Source: an uncultured Candidatus Binatia bacterium (GTDB lineage: Bacteria; Desulfobacterota; Binatia; UBA9968; JAJDTQ01). Taken from it: a stretch of 44,094 nucleotides of DNA. Below, piece after piece: positions 26,654 to 36,920 of this stretch. Made by a program: the position numbers and the translations under genes. Location: contig CBDCAF010000017.1 in NCBI GenBank assembly GCA_965213675.1, positions 1-44,094 on the forward strand. The letters are read 5' to 3'. The notes beneath the pieces are model-generated. The model had not been told where the DNA came from, did no database searches, and saw nothing but the letters and a program-made list of their open reading frames with translations. The first letter of the stretch is position 1, and the number at the start of each line of letters is the position of its first letter.

Positions 26654-27634
26654 CTACACGTTCACCCGCTTCATGTCCCGCGTCCGGTTCCCGGCGGCGG
26701 CGCCGTAGGGAAGGATGGCGTCCAACCGCTGCAGGTCCTCATCCGTCAACTCCACCTCAACGGCTTTGATGTTCTCCTCCAGGTGCTTGCGGCTTTTGCT
26801 GCTGGGGATGGGGATGATGTCGGGGCCTTGGGCCATGAGCCAAGCCAGGGCAAGCTGGGTCGTGGTGATGCCCCTCTCCCTGGCGACTTCGTCCACTTGG
26901 GCGAGCAGGTCCAGGTTGCGCTCGATATTGCCGGGTTGGAGGCGGGGCTGGTTGCGGCGGTTGTCGCGTTCGGACAGATCGTTCAGGTCACGCACGGCGC
27001 CGGCGAAGAAGCCGCGGCCCAGGGGCGAGTAGGCCATGAGGCCCATGCCGAACTCGCGGCAGGCCTCGATGTTGCCCTGCTCGGGGTCCCGGGACCAGAG
27101 TGAGTATTCGATCTGGAGCGAGACGATGGGGTGGACCTTTTGGGCGCGGCGGATGGAATCGGCGCTGGCTTCGGAGAGTCCGATGTAGCGGGTCTTGCCT
27201 TGCTCCACCAAGCGCGCCATGCCGCCCACCGATTCCTCCACCGGGACGGCGGGGTCGATGCGGGACATGCAGTACATGTCCAGGCAGTCGATGCCCAGCC
27301 GCTGGAGGCTCTCCTCGCAGGTCTGGACGAGGTACTCGGGCGAACTGCCGCCGTCGAGGCCGGTGCCGGCGGCGGACCGCGGGCTGCCGGACTTGGAGTG
27401 GATCACCACCTGGTCGCGCCGGCCCTTGATGGCCTTGCCGATGAGCTCGTGGTTGTGGCCGTTGCCATAGCTGGCGGAGGTGTCCAGGAAATTGATGCCG
27501 AGGTCGAAGGCCCGGTGCAGGGTGGCGATGGATTCATCGTCGTTGCCGGCGCCGTACATGCCCGACATGCTCAGACAGCCGAGCCCCATGGGCGACACCT
27601 TGCAGTCGGTGGTTGCGAACTGGCGGTACTCCAT
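26654..27634 (-). CDS. Aldo/keto reductase
   Basis: MGLGCLSMSGMYG, FLDTSASYG, SLQRLGID, GKTRYIGLSE, QIEYSLWSR, YSPLGRGF; GAGGAG RBS. Confidence 0.95.
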   Translation of the reverse strand: MEYRQFATTDCKVSPMGLGCLSMSGMYGAGNDDESIATLHRAFDLGINFLDTSASYGNGHNHELIGKAIKGRRDQVVIHSKSGSPRSAAGTGLDGGSSPEYLVQTCEESLQRLGIDCLDMYCMSRIDPAVPVEESVGGMARLVEQGKTRYIGLSEASADSIRRAQKVHPIVSLQIEYSLWSRDPEQGNIEACREFGMGLMAYSPLGRGFFAGAVRDLNDLSERDNRRNQPRLQPGNIERNLDLLAQVDEVARERGITTTQLALAWLMAQGPDIIPIPSSKSRKHLEENIKAVEVELTDEDLQRLDAILPYGAAAGNRTRDMKRVNV

Positions 27635-27743
27635 GTGCGTTTCTCCTCGTTGGCGGCGTTCATCCCGCCTGAAGCCGACGTTCCAGACTGTGCCACTACT
27701 ACGTCTTTGGGCGCGGAGAGGCAACGATGTCCAGCGCAACCGG

Positions 27744-28955
27744 TCAGGCGGGCGGATTCCCGGAGACGATGGCGGGGAGGTCGCGCAGCGACACGGCGGT
27801 CACGCCCTCACCGAGGGAATGGCTGGACACGGGCCGGCCGATGACGTAGTGCGGGCCGGGGCGCCAGGGGCTGTTGGACGCGGCCAGCCCGGCGCTCACT
27901 CGCAGCAACCCGCGCGCGTCACGCAGGGTGGGCCGCTCGCTCCACTTGCATTCCATGAAGCCGAGGACGCCGCCGGCGTCGCGCACGAAGTCCACTTCCT
28001 GGCCGCGCTGGTCGCGGTAGTACCAGAAGTTGACAGGCGCGGACTCGGCCTCGTTCAGCTTGCGCATCTCCGCGAACACGAACGTCTCCCATACCGCGCC
28101 CAGGGCCGGCGAGGTGAGCAGCGTGGAGGCGTCGAGCCCCAGCAGAAAGCAGAGCAGGCCGCTGTCGCGGAAATAGACCTTCGGCGTCTTCACCACTCGT
28201 TTGCCGAAGCTCACGTGCCAGGGTTCCAGCAGGACGATCTGGCCGGACGCCTGGAGCACGCTCACCCACTCGCCGATGGTCTTCACCGCCACGCCGGTGT
28301 CCCGTGCGACGTCGCTCTTGTTGAGCATGGCCGCCGAGCGCGCCGCCAGGACGCGAACGAAGCGCTCGAAATCCCGGAGACTCGCCACGTTCAGGATCTG
28401 GCGCACGTCGCGCTCGAGGTAGGTGGCCAGGTACGATGCGAGGAAATCCGTAGCCGGCAGTTCCGGCGCGCGCCACAACTCCGGGAACTGCCCCCGGGCC
28501 ATCAGGCCGGCGAGGCTGGCCGCGTCGTCACCGGTTGGGGTCACGGCGTCGATCTCGTGCAGCGCCAGGTTTTCCAACTCCACGATCCCGCAACGGCCCG
28601 CAAGACTGTCCGAGGTCCCTTTCATGAGCGTGAAGTTCTGGCTGCCGGTGAGGATGTAGCGGCCCATGTCATGGCGACGGTCATCGATGGCCGCCTTCAC
28701 GTGGCGGAACAGGCCGGGCGCGTACTGCACCTCGTCGATGAGCACGGGCGCCGGATGGTGGTGCAGGAACAGGTCCGGATTGCGTTCGGCCTGGTCGGCC
28801 GTGGTGGGGAGGTCCAGGGAGACGTAATGATGATCCGGGAAGGTAGCGCGCATCAGGGTCGTCTTGCCCGCCTGACGCGCACCGGTGACTACCACCGCCG
28901 GAAAGTGCTCCGCGAGCCGGAGCAGCCGGTCAGCCAGAGCCCTGGGGTACTGCAT
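27744..28955 (-). CDS. AAA_14 ATPase with DUF4143 / C-terminal PD-(D/E)xK-like domain
   Basis: TGARQAGKTT, IDEVQY, ILTGSQ, SLAGR, TYLERDV, KTPKVYFRDSGL, EVDFV, MECKW. Confidence 0.9.
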   Translation of the reverse strand: MQYPRALADRLLRLAEHFPAVVVTGARQAGKTTLMRATFPDHHYVSLDLPTTADQAERNPDLFLHHHPAPVLIDEVQYAPGLFRHVKAAIDDRRHDMGRYILTGSQNFTLMKGTSDSLAGRCGIVELENLALHEIDAVTPTGDDAASLAGLMARGQFPELWRAPELPATDFLASYLATYLERDVRQILNVASLRDFERFVRVLAARSAAMLNKSDVARDTGVAVKTIGEWVSVLQASGQIVLLEPWHVSFGKRVVKTPKVYFRDSGLLCFLLGLDASTLLTSPALGAVWETFVFAEMRKLNEAESAPVNFWYYRDQRGQEVDFVRDAGGVLGFMECKWSERPTLRDARGLLRVSAGLAASNSPWRPGPHYVIGRPVSSHSLGEGVTAVSLRDLPAIVSGNPPA

Positions 28956-29053
28956 CCGGATATTATGGGGTTATAGGTAAAATTTGTCCACCAGCTCGCC
29001 TTCACTGTAGCTCCTAGGGCAAAAGTCTCCATGCTTACCTGTCCTGCGGAGTT

Positions 29054-30571
29054 CTAATCTCCAGTACGGTTGGCGAGTCGCTCCGGGTCTTCCACTACCA
29101 GGAACTGTCCCATCATCCCGTTATCTTCATGTTCCATGATGTGGCAGTGGTACATGTAGGGCGTTTCCGGATCGGCATATCGATCGAAGGGCATGATGAT
29201 CCGGACGATGTCACCGGCAGGCACCAGGACCGTGTCCTTCCAGCCGAGCTCGGCGCCGCTGGGCGGTTGGCCGTTGCGGTCGAGAATCTGGAACTGCACC
29301 AAGTGGATGTGGAAAGGGTGAGCCTGACCCCCGCGATTGTCCACTTCCCAGATCTCTATGTCTCCCAGCCGCACCACCTCATCAATTCTCCCCATGTCCA
29401 TGATCTTGCCGTTGATCGGCGGCCCCGGACCCGGTCCGCCTCCAGCAAACCGTCCTCCCTGTGCGCCCTGGATCGGCCCTCCCAAAACCATCGGCCGGGA
29501 TTTCGCGGCTTGTGAGGCATCGATGCGGGAGATGGTGTTGAGGCGCTCCGGCAGTGCGTGGGATGCGCGCTTTGCCGGCCGGGGAACGATCTTCAACAAC
29601 TCCAGGTGCCCGTTGCCGATCCCCCCGAAGAATGCCTCCATCGTCTCCAGCAACCCGGCTTCCGGGTAGCTCTTCAACACCGCCCCGGCGCCATCGCTGA
29701 AGTCCACCAGGATCTCGGCCCGCTCGCCGGGAGCGAGGGTCACGCGGTCGGTTTGGAGGGGGGTCTCGAGGAATCCGCCGTCCGTGGCGATCTGGTAAAA
29801 CGCGCGGTTGTCGTCAAAGCCGATGTAGTAGATGCGCGCGTTCGAGCCGTTCAACAGTCTGAGCCGAATGCGGCGTGACTCGACCTCGATAAACGGACTC
29901 CAGGTTCCGTTGATCAGCATGGTGTCGCCGTAAACGGCACCTTGGTTGATGGCAAAGTCAAACGCACCGTCGTCGTCGAACAGCCGGTCCTGGATCACGA
30001 GTGGGATGTCGTCAACGCCGTAGGTCTTGGGCAGATCCAGCGCCTCGCTGTTCTCGTCGTCGATCCACATGAAGCCCGCGACGCCCTGATAGACGTGCCG
30101 CCCCGTGGCGCCGTGCGGATGCGGGTGGTACCACAGCGGAGCGGCCTGTTGATGGACCTGGAAGCTGGCGGTCCACAATGTCCCGGGCTGGATCTTCTGG
30201 TGCGGCGTGCCGTCCATACGGGCGGGAACGTGCGCTCCGTGCCAGTGCATGGTGGTCATCTCGTCCAGTTCGTTCCGGACGATCAGATCGACGTCCTCGC
30301 CCTGACGCAACCGCAGCGTCGGCCCCAGAAACGGGCCGTTGACGCCGGCCGTCGGCGTTTGCTTGCCCGGCAGGAACTCCCGGCTACCCTCGTCGACGGT
30401 CAGTTGAAACTGCCGGCGTCCGTCCACGACGGTGCCGAACAACTGCTCGGGGATCGCCAGTTTGTTCTCGAAGGCCAACCCGCCGTTAGTGACCCGGATG
30501 AACGTCAGCCAGTAGACCATCACGCCCGCCAACAGGACGACAACCAACAACCCCATCGCGGCGCGCTTCAT
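29054..30571 (-). CDS. Multicopper oxidase (CueO-like)
   Basis: HWHG, WYHPHPHG, HPFHIH and HCHIMEHED.GMM copper motifs; N-terminal hydrophobic signal or anchor. Confidence 0.95.
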   Translation of the reverse strand: MKRAAMGLLVVVLLAGVMVYWLTFIRVTNGGLAFENKLAIPEQLFGTVVDGRRQFQLTVDEGSREFLPGKQTPTAGVNGPFLGPTLRLRQGEDVDLIVRNELDEMTTMHWHGAHVPARMDGTPHQKIQPGTLWTASFQVHQQAAPLWYHPHPHGATGRHVYQGVAGFMWIDDENSEALDLPKTYGVDDIPLVIQDRLFDDDGAFDFAINQGAVYGDTMLINGTWSPFIEVESRRIRLRLLNGSNARIYYIGFDDNRAFYQIATDGGFLETPLQTDRVTLAPGERAEILVDFSDGAGAVLKSYPEAGLLETMEAFFGGIGNGHLELLKIVPRPAKRASHALPERLNTISRIDASQAAKSRPMVLGGPIQGAQGGRFAGGGPGPGPPINGKIMDMGRIDEVVRLGDIEIWEVDNRGGQAHPFHIHLVQFQILDRNGQPPSGAELGWKDTVLVPAGDIVRIIMPFDRYADPETPYMYHCHIMEHEDNGMMGQFLVVEDPERLANRTGD

Positions 30572-30636
30572 ATGACAGATCCCTCCACTAGCCGAATGTA
30601 AGTCCGTATTTCAGTTAGACGGCAACGCGTTCCCGC

Positions 30637-30987
30637 CGTCATTCCTGCGGAAAATGCTGTGCCAATGCTCGCCATGAGGAAACGTAACGAATTCGCCATT
30701 CCCGCGACACAGGCTGTGCCAAACTCCACATGGATGAGAATCGCCACCAATACCCCGGGTCGTCATTCCCGCGAAAGCTTGCCCTCGACCCCGATCGGGG
30801 GCGGGACCAAGGTCGGCGAGGCGGGCAAACGCCCCAGTAGTGCCCCACCACTGCCCCTGGATTCTTCCGCGGGAATGACGGTATGGGGTATCCGTGCCGC
30901 TATGGAGCGGCCGTGCCGGGTACCGAGCGGCGGCGCCAAGTCCTGGTCGAGCGGAGTCTTGACACCGCTTGGTTCGCCGGAATGACG
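30637..30987. repeat. Cluster of nested CGTCATTCC/GGAATGACG REP-like repeats
   Basis: CGTCATTCC at 30637 and 30761; GGAATGACG ending at 30880 and 30987. The stretch starting at 30761 matches the reverse complement of the 1689-1756 element for about 42 nt. Confidence 0.8.
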
Positions 30988-31001
30988 AAGGCGGGCGTCG
31001 G

Positions 31002-32003
31002 TCAGGCCCGGCAGGCTGCCAACTCGGCGTAGTTGGCGAGGCCGAGTTGGCGCTTGCCGGCTTCCAGATCCAGAAGCATGGCCAGGAGGTTGTCGCACAG
31101 CGGCGTGGACAATCCGAGCCGGGCGCTTTCACGCACCACGTGGCCCAAGGTGAACTCGACTTCGAGCCGTGTCCCCGCCAGCAGTTGCCGGAGCGGACCC
31201 TTGAGGTCATCGTCCCGCCAGGACTCGGCGTAGCCGTTCACGATCGCCATGCGAGCTTCCACCGGCTTGTCAGGATGCAAGTCCGGCGGATTGTACTCTC
31301 TCAATGGGATGAACCGGGCGCCGGCGGTCGCGCCCACAGCCACCACCTCGCCCAGGAAATCCACCAGCAGCCGGCGGTCGTCAGGGCTGGCACAGCTTTC
31401 CACCATGGACTTGTTGGCCAGTGAACCGAAATAGCCGTAGCAGGTGTAGGTGAGCTTGCTCCAGAGCACACCGATGATGTTGTCGGTGATCTCGCTGGGG
31501 ATCACCGCGTCGAGCGCGGCGTTGAGCTCTTCCAGCCGCGGCGTGGTGCGGCCGTGGGAATGGCCGATGTAGAGGTGGCCGCGCGTCGCGGTGTGAACCC
31601 GTCCGGGGGCCGTGCGCCGGCTCCCCATTCGGATGCCCATGCCCACGGACCGGTCCGCGCCCACCGCCTCCTCCAGAAGCGGGACGTTGATGCCGTTCTG
31701 CATCGACACCACCAGCGCGCCGTCCTTCAGATGCGGCACAACGGTCTTCAGCGTGTCGCGGGTGTAGTTGCAGCGGACGGCGATGAACGCCGCGTCGAAG
31801 GCGCCCTCGATCTCGTCCGGAGTGACGATGTTCGCCTTCACGTTGAACGCCCCGTCGGGCACGTCCACCTGAAGCCCGTGCTCGCGGATGGCCGCGACGT
31901 GCTCCCGGTCAACGTCCACGAAGGTGACGTCCTGTCCGTCCCGGGCCAGACGTCCGCCGATGATGCCCCCAATGGGACCGGTGCCCATCACGATTGCGCG
32001 CAT
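31002..32003 (-). CDS. Ketopantoate reductase (PanE/ApbA) family protein
   Basis: VMGTGPIGGIIG, SMQNGI, LWSKL, LEVEF. Confidence 0.88.
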   Translation of the reverse strand: MRAIVMGTGPIGGIIGGRLARDGQDVTFVDVDREHVAAIREHGLQVDVPDGAFNVKANIVTPDEIEGAFDAAFIAVRCNYTRDTLKTVVPHLKDGALVVSMQNGINVPLLEEAVGADRSVGMGIRMGSRRTAPGRVHTATRGHLYIGHSHGRTTPRLEELNAALDAVIPSEITDNIIGVLWSKLTYTCYGYFGSLANKSMVESCASPDDRRLLVDFLGEVVAVGATAGARFIPLREYNPPDLHPDKPVEARMAIVNGYAESWRDDDLKGPLRQLLAGTRLEVEFTLGHVVRESARLGLSTPLCDNLLAMLLDLEAGKRQLGLANYAELAACRA

Positions 32004-32196
32004 GGAACCTCCTTGTAATCAGTTAGTTGGCTCGCAAATACCATATACAAGGTCCGACCCCGCCAGTCCCGGTATCCGCAGTACGAATTCCCATCGAACG
32101 GATGGAGGCGACCAGCCGGTCGCCCGTGCAAGACTCGTTCCGGCAAACCGCCTGGCCGACCCTGGAAGCTTGCGTGAATTCCCGCGGCGCAAGCTC

Positions 32197-33282
32197 CTAG
32201 TTGAAGTGGATGACCCCCTTGACGATCTCGTACTTCGCCATGGCCTGCAGCGCTTCGTTCACCTGATCCAGCTTGTACTCGGCGCTGATCATTTCCTCGA
32301 ACGGGAAGGTGTCCTTGCGCGAGGAGAGGAAGTCGATGGCCTGGAGCCAGTGGCGCGGCTCGCCGGAGCGGATGGTGTGCAGGATCATTTCCTGGGGGAG
32401 ATTCTGTACGCCGATGTCGGCCTTGCCGCCGGCGCCGATGTTGACGAAGGTGCCGCCGCCGCGCAGCAGGGTCAGCCCCTCCGGCACGGCCATGTTGTTG
32501 GCCACCTGGATAACCACATCGCCGCCGCGGCCGTCGGTGTGGTCGCGCACCCACTGGCGGCGGTCCCTGGGGTCGGTGACCTCTTCGAGGTTCAGCACCG
32601 CGTCCGCGCCCATGCGCTTGCTCACTTCCAGGCGCGCCGCCGGGGCGCCGATGACCAGCACCTGTTTGGCGCCGTGGTCCTTGGCCACCGCGGTGGCGAA
32701 GTTGCCCAGCGGGCCGCTGCCCTGGATCACCACGGTCTCGTGGCTCTTGATGGCGCCGAGCCGGTCGTAGCCGTGCATGACCGTGCGGTAGGCGCAGGCC
32801 GAGGCGGCCGCGGACGCCGAGGTGACATCTTCGGGCACCTTGATGATCTCGCAGGGCGGCGGCACGTACATGTACTCGGAGACGCTGCCCAGCAGATAAG
32901 GATACTCATCGCTGCGGTTGTGCCCCCAGGAGGCCCGCCCCGGGCAGATGCACGGCTGCAGCGCCACGGTGCAGTAGTAGCAATGGCCGCAGGCGACGTA
33001 GCTCCACACGACGCGGTCGCCGGGCTTCACCGGATTGCCCAGGATGTCGGTGCGCTCGCCGTTGATCTCCTCGATGTAGCCGCACGGCTCGTGCCCGGTG
33101 ATGATGGGCAGCGTGTCGCCACCGCCCAGGGGGCCGTGCCAGCGATGCACGTCGGTGCCGCAGATGGTGGACGCATCGATGCGCACCAACAGCGCGCCCG
33201 GCTCCAGCTCCGGGATCGGCACCTTCTGTATTTCCAGCGGCTCGTTGTGGGATACCACCACGGCGGCGCGGCATTCATCCAT
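32197..33282 (-). CDS. Zinc-binding alcohol dehydrogenase
   Basis: ICGTDVH, GHE, CGHCYYC...C, GSGPLG; AAGGAG RBS. Confidence 0.95.
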   Translation of the reverse strand: MDECRAAVVVSHNEPLEIQKVPIPELEPGALLVRIDASTICGTDVHRWHGPLGGGDTLPIITGHEPCGYIEEINGERTDILGNPVKPGDRVVWSYVACGHCYYCTVALQPCICPGRASWGHNRSDEYPYLLGSVSEYMYVPPPCEIIKVPEDVTSASAAASACAYRTVMHGYDRLGAIKSHETVVIQGSGPLGNFATAVAKDHGAKQVLVIGAPAARLEVSKRMGADAVLNLEEVTDPRDRRQWVRDHTDGRGGDVVIQVANNMAVPEGLTLLRGGGTFVNIGAGGKADIGVQNLPQEMILHTIRSGEPRHWLQAIDFLSSRKDTFPFEEMISAEYKLDQVNEALQAMAKYEIVKGVIHFN

Positions 33283-33330
33283 TGTCGTTCTCCTTCTCGA
33301 GACGTCAGGGGTCCCTGGCGCGTCCATTGT

Positions 33331-33365
33331 AAAAGGGGCAGAGCGTGACCTACGCCCTGCCCCTT
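33331..33365 (-). terminator. Probable rho-independent terminator after amidohydrolase 33394..34503
   Basis: Minus strand AAGGGGCAGGGCGT-AGGTC-ACGCTCTGCCCCTTTT: a 14-bp stem with one G-U pair, ending in a T run. Confidence 0.6.
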
Positions 33366-33393
33366 CAGATTCGGGAAAGCCCAGCGGAACCCG

Positions 33394-34503
33394 CTATGCC
33401 TTGGCCGCGACCTGGGCGCCCGCGGTTGCCGGCTTGTAGAACCGCTCCGCGTTGCGATAGAGCATGGCGGCCTTGTCTTCGCCGGTCATCTCGTCACTCT
33501 CCATGAGCTCGCCGAGGTCATGCATGCAGCTCTGGGTGGTGACCTCGTGGGGGAAGTCCGAGGAGTACAGGAACGGCCGGTGCCCCACGGTCTTGATGGC
33601 GAAGGGCAACGTCAGCTCCTCGGCCTCGATGCCCAGGTAGAAGCGATCCGCCTCGATGAGCTGCTTGATGATCTTGGCCGGGTCCTGGTCCTCGCCGATG
33701 CTGAACTCGCCGTCCGGGATGTACTGGAAGTGCGTCTCGTGGGACGCGTGCAGCCGTTCCAGCAGCATCAGCAGCCAGGCCACGCCGCCTTCGAGGAAGG
33801 CGATGCGCACGTTGGGAAAGCGCTCGAAGATGCCGTTGTAGAGGATGTTGGCACAGTTGAGGGCGATGCCCCAGGGGTGGCCCAGCGCGTGCACGGGCAC
33901 GTACATGTTCATCTGGTCGAGCCCGAAACGGTCGTGGCAGCCGCCATGCACCGCGAGGCAGCAGCCCAGCCGGTCGGCCTCTTCATAGATGGGCCAGTAG
34001 GCCTTGGCGCCCAGCGGCAGCGGCAGGCCGTTGGAGGGCATCATGGCGCCCATCATGCCCAGCTCGGTGACGATGCGGTGCAACTCCTTGGCGGCCTCCT
34101 CCGGGTCCTGCATGGGGATCAGGCCCATGGCGTTGAAGCGCGGGTCGCGCTGCAGGTACGTGTGGTACGCCCAGTCGTTGTAAGCCTTGCAGGCGGCGAT
34201 GGCGTAGTCGAGGCTCACGATCTTCCCGTAGCCCAGCCCCTGGGTCGGATACATCACGGTCCAGTCGATTCCCACGTCGTCCAGGAACTTCATCCAACCG
34301 TCGGGACCCACCTTCTCCCGTCCGTCCCGGAGCGGCGGCGTCTCCACCGCGCGTCCGTCATGAAGATGGTCGATGGGCGGGAAGATGATGCCCTTCTTGG
34401 CGGCGATGTCCCGGTAAGGCCCGTCCATGTGCTCGAGGATTCCGGGGTTGTCCTCCAGGATGTGGCCGTCGCCGTCGATAATGCGTGTATTGAGACCGGA
34501 CAT
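33394..34503 (-). CDS. Amidohydrolase_2 family protein
   Basis: IIDGDGHILE, YNDW, LAVHGG, RFPNVRIAFLEGG, SSDFPHE. Confidence 0.9.
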   Translation of the reverse strand: MSGLNTRIIDGDGHILEDNPGILEHMDGPYRDIAAKKGIIFPPIDHLHDGRAVETPPLRDGREKVGPDGWMKFLDDVGIDWTVMYPTQGLGYGKIVSLDYAIAACKAYNDWAYHTYLQRDPRFNAMGLIPMQDPEEAAKELHRIVTELGMMGAMMPSNGLPLPLGAKAYWPIYEEADRLGCCLAVHGGCHDRFGLDQMNMYVPVHALGHPWGIALNCANILYNGIFERFPNVRIAFLEGGVAWLLMLLERLHASHETHFQYIPDGEFSIGEDQDPAKIIKQLIEADRFYLGIEAEELTLPFAIKTVGHRPFLYSSDFPHEVTTQSCMHDLGELMESDEMTGEDKAAMLYRNAERFYKPATAGAQVAAKA

Positions 34504-34664
34504 GATCGTTCTACCTCCTTCGAATAGCCCCTGTTTTTTTCGTTATACCGCCGCCGACCTTCGTACATCAAGGCATTCGCGCACTTTTCTCCTGCCGCGA
34601 AAGGGGGCGGACCGTGGTCGTTCACTGCCGCAAACCGCCGCGCACCCCGGGCCGCGAATCGCTG

Positions 34665-35294
34665 TTACAGGACCTGGTACACCCAAACCTGATGATGGAC
34701 CTCGGGCTCCCCCTTGGGCATGGGCTGGTACTTCTCCCCCTCCTCCACCAGCCGCCATTTTCCCTCGGTCTCCAGCCACGACTGCTTCTCCCTGAAACCA
34801 TCCTGCTCGTAGGTGTCCGGCCGCAGTGAAAAGACAATGTGTCCGCCCGGACGAGTGACACGCACCAGCTCGTCGAACGAACTGGCCGGCGCGTGCCCCA
34901 CGGTAAAGACGCCCACGCTGATGACCCCGTCGAAGGAGCGCGGCGGGAAGTCCAGCGGCGGACCCATCGCCATCCGGTGGAACTCCTTGTAGACGTCCTT
35001 CCGGGCAGCCTCGTCCAGCATTCCCTGGGACAGGTCCATGGCCACGAGATACTCGAACCCCGCTTCGTGGAGCAGTTCCCCCACGATGCCCGTGCCGGCG
35101 CCCGCGTCGAGGATGCGGCCATGCCTGGGCACCCGTTTGGCGAAAGCATCCACGGCCTTCCGCGGGCTCAACCAGCCGAAGTCGGAGTACAGGTCTTCAT
35201 CGTAGGACCCGGCCCACTTGTCGTACCGCTCCTCCAGCTCGGTGTTGCCCTTCGAGGAATAGATCCACTGGATCACGTTCTTCTTTTCTCGCAT
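34665..35294 (-). CDS. Class I SAM-dependent methyltransferase
   Basis: YDKWAGSYDEDL, ILDAGAGTG, MDLSQGML, RVTRPGG. Confidence 0.9.
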   Translation of the reverse strand: MREKKNVIQWIYSSKGNTELEERYDKWAGSYDEDLYSDFGWLSPRKAVDAFAKRVPRHGRILDAGAGTGIVGELLHEAGFEYLVAMDLSQGMLDEAARKDVYKEFHRMAMGPPLDFPPRSFDGVISVGVFTVGHAPASSFDELVRVTRPGGHIVFSLRPDTYEQDGFREKQSWLETEGKWRLVEEGEKYQPMPKGEPEVHHQVWVYQVL

Positions 35295-35338
35295 GCTGGC
35301 TCCTTCCATCGACGTCTCACTACTCGTCATTCCGTCTC

Positions 35339-36832
35339 CTACGACGTGCTCTCCGGCGGCCGGCGGTGAAGCGTCGCCTGCTCGTAGGCGTACGCCAGCC
35401 GGATCATGCGGCCGTCGTCGTAGGGCCGTCCGAGGAAGCTGACGCCGGCCGGCAGGTGGTCGGCGGTGAAGCCCGCGGGCACCGTCACCGTGGGCACATA
35501 CACCAGGAACGTGTTCAGGTGCGGCGCGCCCTTGTGGTTGACGAAGGGCGGCTTCACGCCGTCGGCGATGAGCGTGGGCTGGTGCTCCACGGCCTTGTGG
35601 ACGATGGCGTCCAGACGGTGCTCGGCCATGGTCTTGAGCAGGTGGATCATCAGGTGGTCCCGGGCCAGCAGGTACTGGTAGTGGTCCGCGGGGTCGGAGG
35701 TGATGCGCAGGCGCGCCTGCACCTGCTCCGTGAGCTTGGAGTAGTCCGGCGACGCCATGGCGTCCGCGCGCGTCCGGTACGGCGGATTGGCGCTGCGGGA
35801 CATGTAGATCCCGAAGGCCCTTTCCCCGGCGGTGGGATCCGCGCAGCGTTTGGCGAGCAGCTCGTTCAATCGCGCCAACTCCACCGGGTCCACCACCTCG
35901 GCGCCGGCCGCTCGCAGTTCCTCGACCGCGTTGTCGAATATCCCGGTAATGCTCTTGAAGTCATCGGCCTCGGGATCAGTGTTGTAGCCCATGGGCTCGC
36001 GCAGGACGCCGATCCGCGCACCGCGCAGCCCGTCGGCGTCCAGGAAGTCCGTGTAGCTCGTCGGCGCGTGGCCGACGCCCCTGGAGGTGATCGGGTCCTC
36101 GCCGTCGTAGCCCACCATCACGTCCAGCAGGGTGGCCATGTCCCGGACCGTGCGGGCCATGGGCCCCAGCGACCCCGCCTCCTGCGGCCAGCCGGAGTAG
36201 ACCCCGCTGCGGCTCACCAGGCCGGCGGTGGGACGCATGCCGGCGATGCAGTTCCAGGTGGAAGGCCGGCGGATGGACGCCAGCCCCTCCTGCCCGATGC
36301 CGACGGCGCCGAAGTTGGCGGAAACGGCGGCGCCGGAACCGCCCGACGAGCCGCCCACGGTGCGTTGCACGTCGTAGGGGTTGCGGGTGGAGCCGAACAG
36401 AGAGCCGTGGGTGTCGCCCGCGCCCAGCTCCCCCAGGGTGGTCTTGGCCAGCACGATGGCCCCCGCCTCCTTGAGCTTTTCCACCACCCGGCAGTCCCGG
36501 TCCGGGTAGTAATCCTTGAACAGCAAGGAGCCCAGAGTGGTGGGCGTCCCCTTGACGTCCGCCTGGTCCTTGATGACCACCGGAACACCATGGAGCGTCC
36601 CGGTCTTCCCCGCGCTCCTGAACGCCGCGTCCAGGCGGTCCGCCTCCTCCAACGCCGCCGGGTTCACCGTGATGATGGAGTTGATCCGGGGGCCGCCGCG
36701 GTCATAGGCCTCGATGCGGTCGATGTACATCTGCGTCAGTTGGCGCGCCGTGAGGCTGCCGGCGGCATACGCGGCGTGGATATCCTCGATGGTGGCTTCC
36801 GGCAGCGTGAACGAGTCTGGGGTCGGGCTCAT
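35339..36832 (-). CDS. Amidase signature family protein
   Basis: LHGVPVVIKD, TRNPYD, GGSSGGSGAAV, ASIRRPS, GPMARTV, AYAYEQAT. Confidence 0.93.
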   Translation of the reverse strand: MSPTPDSFTLPEATIEDIHAAYAAGSLTARQLTQMYIDRIEAYDRGGPRINSIITVNPAALEEADRLDAAFRSAGKTGTLHGVPVVIKDQADVKGTPTTLGSLLFKDYYPDRDCRVVEKLKEAGAIVLAKTTLGELGAGDTHGSLFGSTRNPYDVQRTVGGSSGGSGAAVSANFGAVGIGQEGLASIRRPSTWNCIAGMRPTAGLVSRSGVYSGWPQEAGSLGPMARTVRDMATLLDVMVGYDGEDPITSRGVGHAPTSYTDFLDADGLRGARIGVLREPMGYNTDPEADDFKSITGIFDNAVEELRAAGAEVVDPVELARLNELLAKRCADPTAGERAFGIYMSRSANPPYRTRADAMASPDYSKLTEQVQARLRITSDPADHYQYLLARDHLMIHLLKTMAEHRLDAIVHKAVEHQPTLIADGVKPPFVNHKGAPHLNTFLVYVPTVTVPAGFTADHLPAGVSFLGRPYDDGRMIRLAYAYEQATLHRRPPESTS

Positions 36833-36920
36833 GTCCTCTCCTCTTGGTTCCGTCCCAATTGCTCAAAACTTCCCAAAACGTGTATCACTATCCTCGTCCG
36901 TTGCACACGGAGGGACGATC

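Noticed and set aside
30637-30987. Possible CRISPR array
   Set aside because: Repeats are inverted and irregularly spaced, not direct repeats with uniform spacers, and there are no cas genes.
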